A stretch of 64,000 nucleotides of DNA from contig JBDROJ010000027.1 of NCBI GenBank assembly GCA_043810165.1, forward strand, positions 36,974 through 100,973. Reading direction: 5' to 3'. The stretch comes from a bacterium. Its GTDB lineage: Bacteria > Patescibacteriota > Patescibacteriia > Magasanikbacterales > GWA2-37-8. The notes under the pieces were generated by a model. The model had not been told where the DNA came from. It searched no databases and saw only the letters and a list, made by a program, of their open reading frames with translations. Positions 9,370-21,534 of this stretch are shown piece after piece. Each line of letters opens with the position of its first letter. The stretch's first letter is position 1. Made by a program: the position numbers and the translations under genes.

Positions 9370-9458
9370 TTCAGAGTCTTATACTAAGTTTCCGAAACAT
9401 TCCGCAACTCGACGGGAGGAGATGCGAGGACGTTGAAAAGTTAGTATAAGACTCTGAA
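9370..9458. repeat. Palindromic element with perfect 18-bp inverted termini (MITE-like or terminator)
   Basis: TTCAGAGTCTTATACTAA / TTAGTATAAGACTCTGAA around a GC-rich core. Confidence 0.7.
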
Positions 9459-9473
9459 AAAAAATAAAATTTT

Positions 9474-9998
9474 ATGTCATATTTTGATCTTAGCCTGGTT
9501 GCCATTGTAATCGGCTTTGGGTTATTTGGCCTCTGGTTTGGCTTGGTGCATACATTCGGTTCTTTGTTGGGAACTGCAGTGGGCTTATTTTTAGCCAGCC
9601 GATATTATGAGCCAATGGCCAACTGGCTTGCATCGGTTACGGGTTGGACAGGAAATTTTTCCAAGGTTCTGATGTTTATCATCGCCTTTGTCCTTATTAC
9701 CCGCTTGGTTGGTTTTGTATTTTGGATATTGGAAAAAACTTTGGGCATTTTTACTAAATTGCCGTTTATACGGGGCTTTAATCATTTGTTAGGTGCTTTA
9801 TTCGGCGTTTTTGAAGGAATAATTTTAATTGGCGCAAGTCTATATTTTATTGCACGCTTTCCATTGGGACAAAATTTTATGAATTCTTTAGGCAGTTCCA
9901 ACTTAGCACCTGTTCTAGTTAACCCTGTTAAGATTCTTATGCCAGTAATTCCTGATGCTATTAAATTTTTACAAAGTACAGTGCAGAGTATATTTTAA
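9474..9998 (+). CDS. cvpA: CvpA family membrane protein
   Basis: Four TM segments, FDL...G..FGL start, NHLLGALFG. Confidence 0.8.
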   Translation: MSYFDLSLVAIVIGFGLFGLWFGLVHTFGSLLGTAVGLFLASRYYEPMANWLASVTGWTGNFSKVLMFIIAFVLITRLVGFVFWILEKTLGIFTKLPFIRGFNHLLGALFGVFEGIILIGASLYFIARFPLGQNFMNSLGSSNLAPVLVNPVKILMPVIPDAIKFLQSTVQSIF

Positions 9999-10000
9999 TT

Positions 10001-10840
10001 ATGATTGATTCACATTGCCATATACAGTTCAAAGGATATAAAGATGACTATAAACAAGTCGTAAAACGTTGTTCAGACAAAAACTGCACAATGATTACAG
10101 TGGGTACACAAAAGGATACTAGTCAAAAAGCAATTAAATTTGCTAAAAAATATCAAAATATTTATGCCACGATTGGTCTGCATCCAATACACCTGTTTCC
10201 AACACATGTTGACGAGGAAGAATCTTCTTTTTTATCGCGAGAAGAAAAATTTGATCATGACTATTATAAAAAATTGGCCGAACATCCCAAAGTAGTTGGA
10301 ATAGGCGAGTGTGGAATAGACCTGTTTCATATTCCAAAAAATATTGAACGTAAAATTGTTGTTGAAAAACAAAAACAAGTATTCTTACAACAAATTAATT
10401 TAGCTCAAGAATTAAATCTACCTGTGGCGATCCATATACGCAGTGCTCATGATGAAACCATTAAATTCTTGCAAGACCTTGAACAAAAACCCGCTGGTGT
10501 GGTACACTGTTATTCTAGCAACTGGTTAAATGCGGAAAAGTATTTAAATATGGGGTTATATGTTGGTTTTACTGGCATAATTACTTTTCCAGCAAAAAAA
10601 TCTGACCCGCAGACTCAAGCCGATCTGCTTGAAGTTGTACGAAAATGTCCTTTGGACAAAATATTAATTGAAACCGACGCTCCTTATCTTGCTCCACAAA
10701 CTTATCGCGGACAAAGATGTGAACCATGGATGGTAGAAGAAGTCGCCAAAAAAGTTGCCGAAGTCAAACACCTGCCACTTGAAGAAGTAGTAAAAATAAC
10801 CGAACAAAATACTAAAAAATTGTTTACTAAAATTAACTAA
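10001..10840 (+). CDS. tatD: TatD family DNase
   Basis: DSHCH, GLHP, IGECGID, HCY, ETDAPYL. Confidence 0.93.
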   Translation: MIDSHCHIQFKGYKDDYKQVVKRCSDKNCTMITVGTQKDTSQKAIKFAKKYQNIYATIGLHPIHLFPTHVDEEESSFLSREEKFDHDYYKKLAEHPKVVGIGECGIDLFHIPKNIERKIVVEKQKQVFLQQINLAQELNLPVAIHIRSAHDETIKFLQDLEQKPAGVVHCYSSNWLNAEKYLNMGLYVGFTGIITFPAKKSDPQTQADLLEVVRKCPLDKILIETDAPYLAPQTYRGQRCEPWMVEEVAKKVAEVKHLPLEEVVKITEQNTKKLFTKIN

Positions 10841-10846
10841 TTAATT

Positions 10847-11050
10847 ATGTCTGAAACAGAAAAACCAATAGATTATTTAGAAGAACATCTAAAAAGAGCA
10901 CAAAAAGAAAAAGATGGAGAAAAACTAAAATCTCTCAAACCTCTTCTTGATGAGCCAAGCAATTTAGATTCTAGCAAATTCACAAAAGATATATTATCAA
11001 GAGAAGGTGATTTGCTGGAATTTCCTGAAAAAATTAAAGAGGAAAAATAG
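10847..11050 (+). CDS. Small charged hypothetical protein
   Basis: 67-aa ORF 6 nt after tatD, host-like composition. Confidence 0.55.
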   Translation: MSETEKPIDYLEEHLKRAQKEKDGEKLKSLKPLLDEPSNLDSSKFTKDILSREGDLLEFPEKIKEEK

Positions 11051-11086
11051 ATTATTTTCAACAATTAAATTCTCAATTAAATTCTC

Positions 11087-11115
11087 TTGACTAATAGGCC
11101 AATACAATGTATAAT
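11087..11115 (+). promoter_or_regulatory. atp operon sigma70 promoter
   Basis: TTGACT-17-TATAAT. Confidence 0.75.
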
Positions 11116-11162
11116 ATTGCCTGCCAGACTATAAAACCCTCTCGCGGGCTGGTTGTTAAATT

Positions 11163-11429
11163 ATGACTGAAAAAAAGTCCGAAAAAACTACTGTTAGAGC
11201 TTATCAATTATTCGCTTTGAGAATAATCGGAGACTTTGGTGCTGTAATTGCCTTGCCCATAATAGCATTTATATTAATAGGACAACACCTGGATAATAAA
11301 TATGACAAAAGTCCGCTATTCACCATATTGTCTTTTATCTTAGCATCTTTAATTTCAGCTAAAATAATTCACGGTAAAGCAAAAAAATACGGGAGGGAAT
11401 ATCAAAATATGGTAGATAATGATAAATAA
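11163..11429 (+). CDS. AtpZ/AtpI family protein
   Basis: Two TM segments with G..LD.KY..SP motif; first gene of the atp operon. Confidence 0.8.
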   Translation: MTEKKSEKTTVRAYQLFALRIIGDFGAVIALPIIAFILIGQHLDNKYDKSPLFTILSFILASLISAKIIHGKAKKYGREYQNMVDNDK

Positions 11430-11432
11430 TGT

Positions 11433-12203
11433 ATGCATATACCAACACTAGCACCAGAAGTATTATTTAAAGTAGGAGAGTTCCCAATTACAAACACAAT
11501 GGTAAATGCTTGGCTTGCTATTGTAATTTTTTTAATCTTGGGCATTTTTATCAAACGCAATGTAAAATTAATACCCGGTAAATTTCAAAACGCTTGTGAA
11601 TTTTTCTTGGAAAAATTATTAGGCTATTTTGATCAAGTTACAGGCGATAGAAAAAAAACCATCAGCTTTTTGCCTTTGGTGGGATCAATTTTCTTTTTTA
11701 TTTTACTTTCCAATTGGCTTGGATTAATTCCAGGAACCGGAAGTTTAACCATAGGAAACAACCCATTACTGCGCCCGGCCAATACTGACATAAACTTAAC
11801 CGCTTCAATGGCCTTAATAGCAGTGATCTCATCCCACATATTTGGATTGGTAACGGTAGGAGTATTTACACATTTAAATAAATTCATCCAAATCGGAACA
11901 CTGGTATCCAGTTTTAAAAAAGGTCCGGTAGCGATTCTTACAGCTATAATTGAAATGGGTGTGGGACTGATTGAGATAGTAAGCGAGATCGCCAAGGTTT
12001 TATCATTATCATTAAGGTTGTTTGGAAATATATTTGCAGGAGAAGTCCTAATTACAGTAATAGCCAGTTTATTCAGCGTACTTATGCCAACACCATTCAT
12101 GTTGCTGGAATTATTGGTAGGCATAGTGCAGGCTGGTGTATTTGCCATGCTGGCAACGGTTTATCTGACTGTAATGACCACCAAGCCAGAGATTGAACAT
12201 TAA
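11433..12203 (+). CDS. atpB: F0 subunit a
   Basis: NWLGLIPG, SLSLRLFGNIFAGE, QAGVF. Confidence 0.95.
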   Translation: MHIPTLAPEVLFKVGEFPITNTMVNAWLAIVIFLILGIFIKRNVKLIPGKFQNACEFFLEKLLGYFDQVTGDRKKTISFLPLVGSIFFFILLSNWLGLIPGTGSLTIGNNPLLRPANTDINLTASMALIAVISSHIFGLVTVGVFTHLNKFIQIGTLVSSFKKGPVAILTAIIEMGVGLIEIVSEIAKVLSLSLRLFGNIFAGEVLITVIASLFSVLMPTPFMLLELLVGIVQAGVFAMLATVYLTVMTTKPEIEH

Positions 12204-12230
12204 AATTAAATTATTTTATTAACTAATTAA

Positions 12231-12464
<234 letters not shown>

Positions 12465-12520
12465 TTTGATTAGTCTGATCTAAAAAGTCAGACTTATTTA
12501 AACTATTTTATAATTTTTAT

Positions 12521-12814
12521 ATGGAGGAAGAAAAAAATATCAAACAAGATACTAAAGAAAATACTGACAAAATCAAAAAAAGCGGTAGACTAAGATTAGT
12601 TTTGATTATAATAGGAATTTTAATAGTATTAAGTTTAATTTATCGTGTAAATAATTATTGGAAATACAAAAAAATAGAGCGGGCTGTTCAAAAACAAACT
12701 GAATTGTTGGAAAAACAAGGCAAAGAAATACAAGCCAATTATCTAAAACAGATAAACGAAGTGCAACAGAATATTTTGGAACAACAACAAAAATTGGAAG
12801 AAGCCCAAAAATAA
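12521..12814 (+). CDS. Orphan TM plus coiled-coil protein within the atp operon
   Basis: One TM helix followed by a Q/E/K heptad-rich tail. Confidence 0.65.
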   Translation: MEEEKNIKQDTKENTDKIKKSGRLRLVLIIIGILIVLSLIYRVNNYWKYKKIERAVQKQTELLEKQGKEIQANYLKQINEVQQNILEQQQKLEEAQK

Positions 12815-12840
12815 TAACTATAAATTATAATAAAATAAAT

Positions 12841-13419
12841 ATGAACTTGATAGATGTAGCCAACGCGACCCAAGAAGTAGTTGCTAAAACCGCAGTACAT
12901 ACTGCTGAACAGAGCTCTGAAGGGGTGTTTGCTTCTTTGGGTATTAACGGTAGCCTTTTTATTGCTCAATTAATAAATTTTGCAGTTGTCGCTCTTATTA
13001 TATGGTATCTGATTCTTAAACCTTTAACCAAAAAGATGACGGAAAGACAGGATAAAATTGATGCCAGCTTAAAAAATGCTGAAGAAATTGAAAAAAAACT
13101 GCAAAAAAGCGACCGGGACTACCAGGAAAAAATTGATCAAGCGAAATCTCAATCCGCCAAAATTATGGAAAAATCACAGCAAGAAGTCAAAGAAATGGGC
13201 GATAAAATGAAAAATAAAACAAAAGAAGAAATAGAATTATTAATTAATCAGGCCAAACGAAATATTCAAATCGAAAAGGACGAGATGATGGTTGAAGTTA
13301 AAACCAAAGTAAGCGAACTTGTAGTGGCGGCTTTAGAAAAAATTATTGAAGAGAAAGTTGATGATGCAAAAGACAAAGACATGATTTTGAAAAGTATAAA
13401 GGGTATAAAAAAAATATAA
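12841..13419 (+). CDS. atpF: F0 subunit b
   Basis: AQLINF...KPL...ERQDKI coiled coil. Confidence 0.92.
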   Translation: MNLIDVANATQEVVAKTAVHTAEQSSEGVFASLGINGSLFIAQLINFAVVALIIWYLILKPLTKKMTERQDKIDASLKNAEEIEKKLQKSDRDYQEKIDQAKSQSAKIMEKSQQEVKEMGDKMKNKTKEEIELLINQAKRNIQIEKDEMMVEVKTKVSELVVAALEKIIEEKVDDAKDKDMILKSIKGIKKI

Positions 13420-13423
13420 TGTT

Positions 13424-13810
13424 ATGAAACAAAGCAATAAACAATACGCCATAGCTTTATATCAGGCAACTGAAGGTTTATCTGAACAAGATTTAAAGCA
13501 AGTTCTTAAAGACTTTGTATTGTTGCTATCCAAAAAACACAAACTAAAACAAGCTAATAACATTATTGCTGAATTTATCAAATATGCAAAAAAACAGCAG
13601 GGTATAATTGATATTGAGATTACCACTGCGCGAAAAATGGAAAGTGGACTCATAGAACAAATCAAAAAAATATTCGGCAAACAAACAGAAGCCACGGAAA
13701 AAGTGGACAAAACTCTACTAGGTGGGCTAGTGGTCAAAACCGAAGATGTAATTTTTGATGGCAGTATAAACACGCAATTAAACAAATTAAAATTATCTTT
13801 GAATTCATAA
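13424..13810 (+). CDS. atpH: F1 subunit delta (short)
   Basis: YAIALY, VDKTLLGG...IFDGS. Confidence 0.9.
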   Translation: MKQSNKQYAIALYQATEGLSEQDLKQVLKDFVLLLSKKHKLKQANNIIAEFIKYAKKQQGIIDIEITTARKMESGLIEQIKKIFGKQTEATEKVDKTLLGGLVVKTEDVIFDGSINTQLNKLKLSLNS

Positions 13811-13812
13811 AT

Positions 13813-14331
13813 ATGTTAGAACAACAAGAAAAAGTTAAATTATCTGACCAAGAATTGACGGACTTGATTAAGGAAATCTCTTTTGATGCCGAACGATGCA
13901 TAATGGTCATCAAAAGCGATTTGGGAATACTAAAAGAAATCCTGACAGGAAAATTAGCATCGAGCCGAGAATCTAACAAAGAAAGGGATGCTGAATTTAA
14001 TGATAAAAGAAGGACAAATATCGTAGAAACAGCCAAAAAATTATTAAGTAAAGTACAAGAAAAAGTTAAATACTTAAATAAAAAAACTAACTACGCCGGA
14101 GTTGAAGAAATATTAGAAATAGAAAAAAATATATTAGAATTTTTAACCAAAGCCCTCTCTGATATAGAAATAGAAAACGTGGATATAATTGCAAAAAATT
14201 ATCGCACCGGAAAAGAACAAGATATTTGCCAAGATTTAGATCAGGTAGATGAATTGATTACAGATTTTGAAATAACCAGCCTGCATCAGAGATATTTTGA
14301 ATTACAATCTAAACAAAATAAAAATAAATAA
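13813..14331 (+). CDS. Orphan helical protein within the atp operon
   Basis: 172-aa ORF tightly packed between atpH and atpA. Confidence 0.7.
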   Translation: MLEQQEKVKLSDQELTDLIKEISFDAERCIMVIKSDLGILKEILTGKLASSRESNKERDAEFNDKRRTNIVETAKKLLSKVQEKVKYLNKKTNYAGVEEILEIEKNILEFLTKALSDIEIENVDIIAKNYRTGKEQDICQDLDQVDELITDFEITSLHQRYFELQSKQNKNK

Positions 14332-14341
14332 ATAAAGAACT

Positions 14342-15841
14342 ATGTCTAGCATTAATAAAATAGTTGAAGAATTGAAAAAAAATATTTCCTCTTTTGAAAA
14401 GCAAGTGGAAGTTGAAGAGCTCGGCCAAGTTGTTGAAGTAGGGGATGGTATTGCCCGCATGAGCGGTCTAAACAAATGCCAATATAATGAAATTCTGGAG
14501 TTTCCCGGCGAAACTTTCGGTGTGGCTTTGAATTTGGAAGAAGAAACCATCGGAGCTGTGATTTTAGGTGAATTTAAGCATATTAAAGAAGGCGATGCTG
14601 TTAAGCGCACAGGTCGTATTTTATCTGTGCCGGTGGGCGACCAATTTATAGGCAGGGTTATCAATCCTTTAGGACAAACCGTTGACGGCGGTAAAGAAAT
14701 TAAGACCAAAGAATTTTACCCAATTGAAAAAATTGCTCCCGGCGTTATGAGCCGTGAACCTGTAAGTCAACCTGTGCAAACAGGTATTAAGGCCATTGAT
14801 TCCATGATTCCAATCGGGCGTGGCCAGCGCGAATTGATAATCGGAGACCGCCAGACAGGCAAAACAGCCGTGGCTGTTGATACAATTATAAACCAAAAAG
14901 GACAGGACATGATCTGTATTTATGTTGCCGTGGGGCAGAAAGAATCTAAAGTTGCGCGCACCGTGGCCAAATTAAAAGAATTCGGCGCCATGGAATATAC
15001 AGTAGTAGTCAAAGCCAGCGCTTCAGAGCCGGCTCCGTTATTATACATCGCCCCTTATGCCGGCGTGGCCTTGGCTGAATATTTTATGGACAAGGGCAAA
15101 GATGTTTTGATTATTTATGATGATTTAAGCAAACAAGCTTGGGCGTACCGTGAAATGTCATTGTTGTTGCGCCGTCCGCCAGGCCGTGAAGCTTATCCAG
15201 GCGATGTATTTTACCTGCATTCACGCCTATTAGAACGCGCTTGTCGCAGAAACAAAGAACATGGCGGCGGTTCTATTACTGCTTTGCCAATTATTGAAAC
15301 TCAAGCCAGCGACGTGACAGCTTATATTCCAACCAATGTAATTTCAATTACTGATGGACAAATTTTCTTGGAAAGCGATCTATTCTATCGTGGTATTAGA
15401 CCAGCTTTGAACGTTGGCATTTCCGTATCCCGCGTAGGTGGTTCTGCTCAAATTAAAGGCATGAAAAAAGTGGCCGGCAAATTAAAATTAAATATGGCGC
15501 AGTTCAGAGAATTGGAAGCTTTTGCTCAATTTGCCAGCGACCTGGATCCGGAAACAAAAAAGCAAATTGACTTGGGCCAAAGACTAGTGGAAATTCTAAA
15601 ACAACCTCAGTACCAACCTGTGCCGGTAGCCAATCAAGTGGCCGTGATTTATGCGGTATCCAATAGCTTTGCAAGCGAAGTGGAAGTAAAAAATATGCAG
15701 GAATGGGAAATTAAATTTCATAATTATTTCAACAAGTCCAAATCTCTTTTATTGGATAAAATTGGAAGAGGAGAATGGGATGATAAAATAGAAGATGAAC
15801 TCAAAAGCGCTTGCGAAGAATTTGTTAAACAGAGTAAGTAA
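14342..15841 (+). CDS. atpA: F1 subunit alpha
   Basis: [30 protein letters not shown]. Confidence 0.98.
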   Translation: MSSINKIVEELKKNISSFEKQVEVEELGQVVEVGDGIARMSGLNKCQYNEILEFPGETFGVALNLEEETIGAVILGEFKHIKEGDAVKRTGRILSVPVGDQFIGRVINPLGQTVDGGKEIKTKEFYPIEKIAPGVMSREPVSQPVQTGIKAIDSMIPIGRGQRELIIGDRQTGKTAVAVDTIINQKGQDMICIYVAVGQKESKVARTVAKLKEFGAMEYTVVVKASASEPAPLLYIAPYAGVALAEYFMDKGKDVLIIYDDLSKQAWAYREMSLLLRRPPGREAYPGDVFYLHSRLLERACRRNKEHGGGSITALPIIETQASDVTAYIPTNVISITDGQIFLESDLFYRGIRPALNVGISVSRVGGSAQIKGMKKVAGKLKLNMAQFRELEAFAQFASDLDPETKKQIDLGQRLVEILKQPQYQPVPVANQVAVIYAVSNSFASEVEVKNMQEWEIKFHNYFNKSKSLLLDKIGRGEWDDKIEDELKSACEEFVKQSK

Positions 15842-15843
15842 TT

Positions 15844-16797
15844 ATGCCCGTAAATACAAAAGCAATACAAACCAGAATCAAATCGGTCAAAAATACCCGC
15901 AAGATTACCAAAGCAATGGAAATGGTAGCGGCCGCCAAGATGAGAAAAGCCGTGCAAGTGGCTGTGGACACGCGTACCTATGCTACGCTGGCTTGGAATT
16001 TGCTGGTTAATTTGTCCAAAACCCAAGAGGTGAAAATTCCTTTATTGGATGTGCGCCCGGTTAAACGCCTGTTAGTGGTTTTGATCACATCTAATCGCGG
16101 TTTGTGTGGCAGTTTTAATTCTAATATTATCAAAAAAACAGCTGAACAATTGGCCAATCCAGTTAATATCAGCAAACAAAGAATACAAGGCCATGATGTT
16201 GCTCCAAGTCAAGAATTAGAAGTGGATGTGATTGGTGTTGGCAAAAAAGGAGCAAGTTTTGCAAAAAAAATGGGATATAACCTGATATCATCCTTTGGTG
16301 ATATGACTGATACGCCTAAGATGGAAGACGCTCTATTAATCAGCAAAATTTTAATTGAAGAATATACCAATAAAAAATATGATAAAGTAGTAGTTGCTTA
16401 TACTGATTTTCAATCCAGTATTAATCAGGTGGCCAAATTAAGACAGGTTTTACCTGTTTCTGAAGCTGACTTGGAAAAAATGCTCGGTGAGCTTGGATCT
16501 GACAAAGATCGTGGGGAGTCAGAGAATAAAACAGAACTAGATGATTATTTATTCGAACCAAACAAACTAGAAGTTTTAAAAACTATTCTGCCAAGATTGG
16601 TGGAAACGCAAATTTATCAAACATTATTGGAATCAGCCGCTTCTGAACACAGCTCTCGCATGTTGGCAATGAGAAATGCATCTGACGCGGCAGATGATAT
16701 GATTAAAGAATTAAATCTTAATTTTAATAAAGCGCGGCAGGCCGCCATAACTCAGGAAATTTCCGAGATTGTGGGCGGTGCGGCCGCTTTAGAATAA
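15844..16797 (+). CDS. atpG: F1 subunit gamma
   Basis: KITKAMEMVAAAK, RGLCG, RQAAITQEI. Confidence 0.97.
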   Translation: MPVNTKAIQTRIKSVKNTRKITKAMEMVAAAKMRKAVQVAVDTRTYATLAWNLLVNLSKTQEVKIPLLDVRPVKRLLVVLITSNRGLCGSFNSNIIKKTAEQLANPVNISKQRIQGHDVAPSQELEVDVIGVGKKGASFAKKMGYNLISSFGDMTDTPKMEDALLISKILIEEYTNKKYDKVVVAYTDFQSSINQVAKLRQVLPVSEADLEKMLGELGSDKDRGESENKTELDDYLFEPNKLEVLKTILPRLVETQIYQTLLESAASEHSSRMLAMRNASDAADDMIKELNLNFNKARQAAITQEISEIVGGAAALE

Positions 16798-16802
16798 AGC
16801 AT

Positions 16803-18417
<1,615 letters not shown>

Positions 18418-18433
18418 AAATATAATTTTAGAC

Positions 18434-18520
18434 TGTCATCCCGACCGAGCGTAGCGAGTGGAGGGATCTCAGTATAACACTAAGATCCCTGAACTCGGCT
18501 TTGTCCAGCTCAGGATGACA
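18434..18520. repeat. Palindromic repeat, TGTCATCC...GGATGACA subfamily
   Basis: Inverted termini; GAGCGTAGCGA core shared with other copies; internal GGGATCT/AGATCCC. Confidence 0.8.
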
Positions 18521-18525
18521 ATAAT

Positions 18526-18963
18526 ATGGAAAAAACCCTTAAATTTAAAATTATAACCCCGGAAAAAATCGTTTATGAAGACGATATTTTTCAGGTTACA
18601 ATTCCTACATCGGATGGTGAAATTACTGTATTGGCTAATCATATTCCTTTAGTATCGGTTTTAAAAGCAGGGGATTTGATTATAAAAGACAAAAATGATC
18701 AACATCACATTGCTATTGCCGGTGGCTTTTTAGAAGTTAAATCCAATAATCAAATCATTATTTTGGCAGATAATGCTGAACGAGCTGAAGAAATTGATTT
18801 GGAACGAGCCGAAGAAGCTAGAAAACGTGCCGAAAAACAAATGAAACAAGCTAAGTCAACTGAAGACATTGACTTTGCCAAACTTCAAGGTATAATAGAT
18901 AGAGAAATGAACAGAATTAGGGTTGGAAAAAAGTATAAAAAATTACCTAAAGCAAGATCATGA
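18526..18963 (+). CDS. atpC: F1 subunit epsilon
   Basis: IITPEK, GEITVLANH, GGFLEV, IDLERAEEA. Confidence 0.95.
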   Translation: MEKTLKFKIITPEKIVYEDDIFQVTIPTSDGEITVLANHIPLVSVLKAGDLIIKDKNDQHHIAIAGGFLEVKSNNQIIILADNAERAEEIDLERAEEARKRAEKQMKQAKSTEDIDFAKLQGIIDREMNRIRVGKKYKKLPKARS

Positions 18964-19007
18964 AGTTAGATGCAATTACAAAATATTTAAATATATTACC
19001 ACCAATG

Positions 19008-19082
19008 CAGTCTTGATTGATTGTTTTGTGTTTTTTATACCTTCTTAAAAATAATAAAACAGTCAATCAAGACTGTTTTTTT
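19008..19082 (+). terminator. Long-stem terminator of the atp operon
   Basis: 20-bp CAGTCTTGATTGATTGTTTT/AAAACAGTCAATCAAGACTG stem plus T-run. Confidence 0.7.
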
Positions 19083-19133
19083 GTTCTTTCGCTAACCCAA
19101 CACCATGTGGTGCTGGACAAGGAGGTAGATACA

Positions 19134-19502
19134 ATGGGAACCAACAACGTGCTTATCATAGGTGGAGGAGAAAAGGGGAATGTCATAGCTAGATTGCTGG
19201 CCAGCCAAAATTGGTTGGACAATATTCACCTGGTTGAAGAAACAACTGACTTGGCTTCTAATCTTAGGGCCGAATTAGGACAAACAATCCAAATTCACTC
19301 TAACTGTATAGAAATACCAACCAATATCCGAATAGTTTATGCAATAAGCGAACCAGTGGGCATGGACGCTATTAGACAAAAGATAGCCGAAAAAATTAAC
19401 GGGAAAACATTGATTGTTTGGGTAGCTCAAACTACTAATCTAAAGCTTTTACCACTTTTCCTCAAAAGCCAACTGGCAAATCTCTACGAAAGATCTATCT
19501 AA
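19134..19502 (+). CDS. Small protein with an N-terminal Rossmann-like GxGxxG motif
   Basis: AAGGAGG SD before ATG 19134; VLIIGGGEKG...LVE. Confidence 0.6.
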   Translation: MGTNNVLIIGGGEKGNVIARLLASQNWLDNIHLVEETTDLASNLRAELGQTIQIHSNCIEIPTNIRIVYAISEPVGMDAIRQKIAEKINGKTLIVWVAQTTNLKLLPLFLKSQLANLYERSI

Positions 19503-19529
19503 ATACTTAGCACTTTGAATTTTCCCACC

Positions 19530-19564
19530 AAGACCTCCGACTAGTCTCGGAGGTCTTCTTTTTT
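19530..19564 (+). terminator. Intrinsic terminator
   Basis: AAGACCTCCGA/TCGGAGGTCTT plus T-run. Confidence 0.75.
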
Positions 19565-19694
19565 GCACACACTGTAACAAAAAGCCATTTTTCACGTCTA
19601 CTAAAGCAAAGGGGAAGGGCCAAGTCTTTTAATTTCTTGAATTTTCATTAACGAAAGAAGTTGTTCGTACCCGACCCTCCCTTTTTGTTTTTGT

Positions 19695-21461
19695 ATGATT
19701 GAAAAAAATAGAGCCAAACAAACATTAAAAATTTACTGGCAACATACCTGCAAATATAAATTTGTGGGATTTTTTCTTGTTTTTTCAGTAATGGGCGCGT
19801 CTTTGACAAATGTAATCAGGCCGTTATTTTTCAAACAATTTTTTGATATATTATCAAGTCAACAAGACAAAGGTCTGCTATTTGAAGCACTATTTTCAGT
19901 TTTAATGTTGGTTTTAATAACTGAAATTATTGAATGGTGCTTTTGGAGAATGGCTACCTATACAGCAATAAAATTTCAAGCAAAAATAATGGCTGACATA
20001 GCGAATAGGTGCTTTCAATACCTGCACAAACACTCTTTTTCTTATTTTAACAACAATTTCGTAGGATCTTTGGTTAAGAGGGTAAACCGCTTTGTTTATG
20101 CTTTCATGCATATTGCTGATGTTTTTATTTGGAATTTACTTCAGTTGTCAGTTAATATAATATTCATCGGCATAATTTTAACATACAAAAATTGGATTCT
20201 CGGTCTAATTGTTATTGGCTGGATCACATTATTTTTAAGCATTAATTGGTTCTTTACCAAATACAAATTAAAATATGACATCAAAAGGAGCGAGGCCGAT
20301 ACTGCCATTAGTCAAGTATTGGCTGACACCATTACCAATCAAAGCAATGTAAAATTGTTTTGCGGATACCAGCGCGAAGTTAGTCTATTTGAAAGAACCG
20401 TAAAAAAAGCAACAAAATTACGCTGTTTTACTTGGACTTTAGACAACATATTTGAAGCCATACAAGGCGCTTTAATGATAAGCTTGGAAATTGGAATTTT
20501 ATACATGGGCATGATTTTGTGGAGAAAAGGCTTGTTCACAGTGGGTGATTTTGTTTTATTACAATCTTATGCGCTTACAATATTTATGCGAGTTTGGGAC
20601 TTCGGACGAATTATTCGCCGTATTTATGAAAATCTTGCCGATGCTGAAGAGATGTCTGAAATTTTAGATACTCCTCATGAAATCCAAGACCTTAAAAATG
20701 CCAAACAATTGCAAGTCAAAAAAGGCAAGATTCAATTTCAAAATGTGACATTTTGCTACAATAAGACCCGCTGTGTACTGCAAAAATTAAACTTGGCAAT
20801 AAAACCAAAAGAAAAACTGGCATTAATTGGACCGTCAGGCGCCGGTAAAACTACTATGGTTAAGCTACTATTAAGAATGCATGATGTGACCGGCGGTAAA
20901 ATTTTAATTGACGGACAACAAGTCAAAGCTATTACGCAAGAAAGTTTGTGGCAGCATATAAGCATGGTACCTCAAGATCCAATATTATTTCACCGCAGTT
21001 TGATGGAAAATATCCGTTATGGAAAGCCGGAAGCAACAGATGAACAAGTATTTAAAGCCTCTAAATTAGCCCATTGTCATGAATTTATTTCTGAATTTCC
21101 TGATGGCTATGAAACAAAAGTGGGGGAAAGGGGAGTTAAACTATCAGGTGGAGAACGCCAGCGTGTGGCAATTGCCAGAGCAATATTGCGTAATGCGCCA
21201 ATATTAGTTTTGGATGAAGCCACTTCCAGCCTTGATTCTGAATCAGAACATCTAATCCAATCTGCTTTGGATACTTTAATGAAAAATAAGACAGTAATTG
21301 TGATTGCTCACCGCTTATCAACTATTATGAAAGTTGATAGGATCATTGTTGTTGATCAAGGCGGAATTGTAGAGCAGGGGACGCATATTCAGCTACTAAA
21401 GAAAAAAACTGGTATGTACAACAAATTATGGAAAATCCAGGCAGGTGGGTTTGTAGAATAA
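19695..21461 (+). CDS. ABC exporter, fused permease/ATPase (MsbA/MdlB-like)
   Basis: TM domain, GPSGAGKT, LSGGERQR, LDEATS. Confidence 0.93.
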   Translation: MIEKNRAKQTLKIYWQHTCKYKFVGFFLVFSVMGASLTNVIRPLFFKQFFDILSSQQDKGLLFEALFSVLMLVLITEIIEWCFWRMATYTAIKFQAKIMADIANRCFQYLHKHSFSYFNNNFVGSLVKRVNRFVYAFMHIADVFIWNLLQLSVNIIFIGIILTYKNWILGLIVIGWITLFLSINWFFTKYKLKYDIKRSEADTAISQVLADTITNQSNVKLFCGYQREVSLFERTVKKATKLRCFTWTLDNIFEAIQGALMISLEIGILYMGMILWRKGLFTVGDFVLLQSYALTIFMRVWDFGRIIRRIYENLADAEEMSEILDTPHEIQDLKNAKQLQVKKGKIQFQNVTFCYNKTRCVLQKLNLAIKPKEKLALIGPSGAGKTTMVKLLLRMHDVTGGKILIDGQQVKAITQESLWQHISMVPQDPILFHRSLMENIRYGKPEATDEQVFKASKLAHCHEFISEFPDGYETKVGERGVKLSGGERQRVAIARAILRNAPILVLDEATSSLDSESEHLIQSALDTLMKNKTVIVIAHRLSTIMKVDRIIVVDQGGIVEQGTHIQLLKKKTGMYNKLWKIQAGGFVE

Positions 21462-21465
21462 TAGT

Positions 21466-21522
21466 TTGTAAAACTTCTTACATTCGGCTATAATTAAAAC
21501 ATCTCAAGCAAGAGATGTTTTT
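21466..21522 (+). promoter_or_regulatory. Overlapping promoter and terminator hairpin
   Basis: TTGTAA-17-TATAAT, then AAAACATCTC/GAGATGTTTT. Confidence 0.6.
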
Positions 21523-21534
21523 GTTAATTTATGT

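Noticed and set aside
19017-19133. N-terminal extension of ORF 19017..19502
   Set aside because: It overlaps the atp terminator hairpin; the SD supports ATG 19134.
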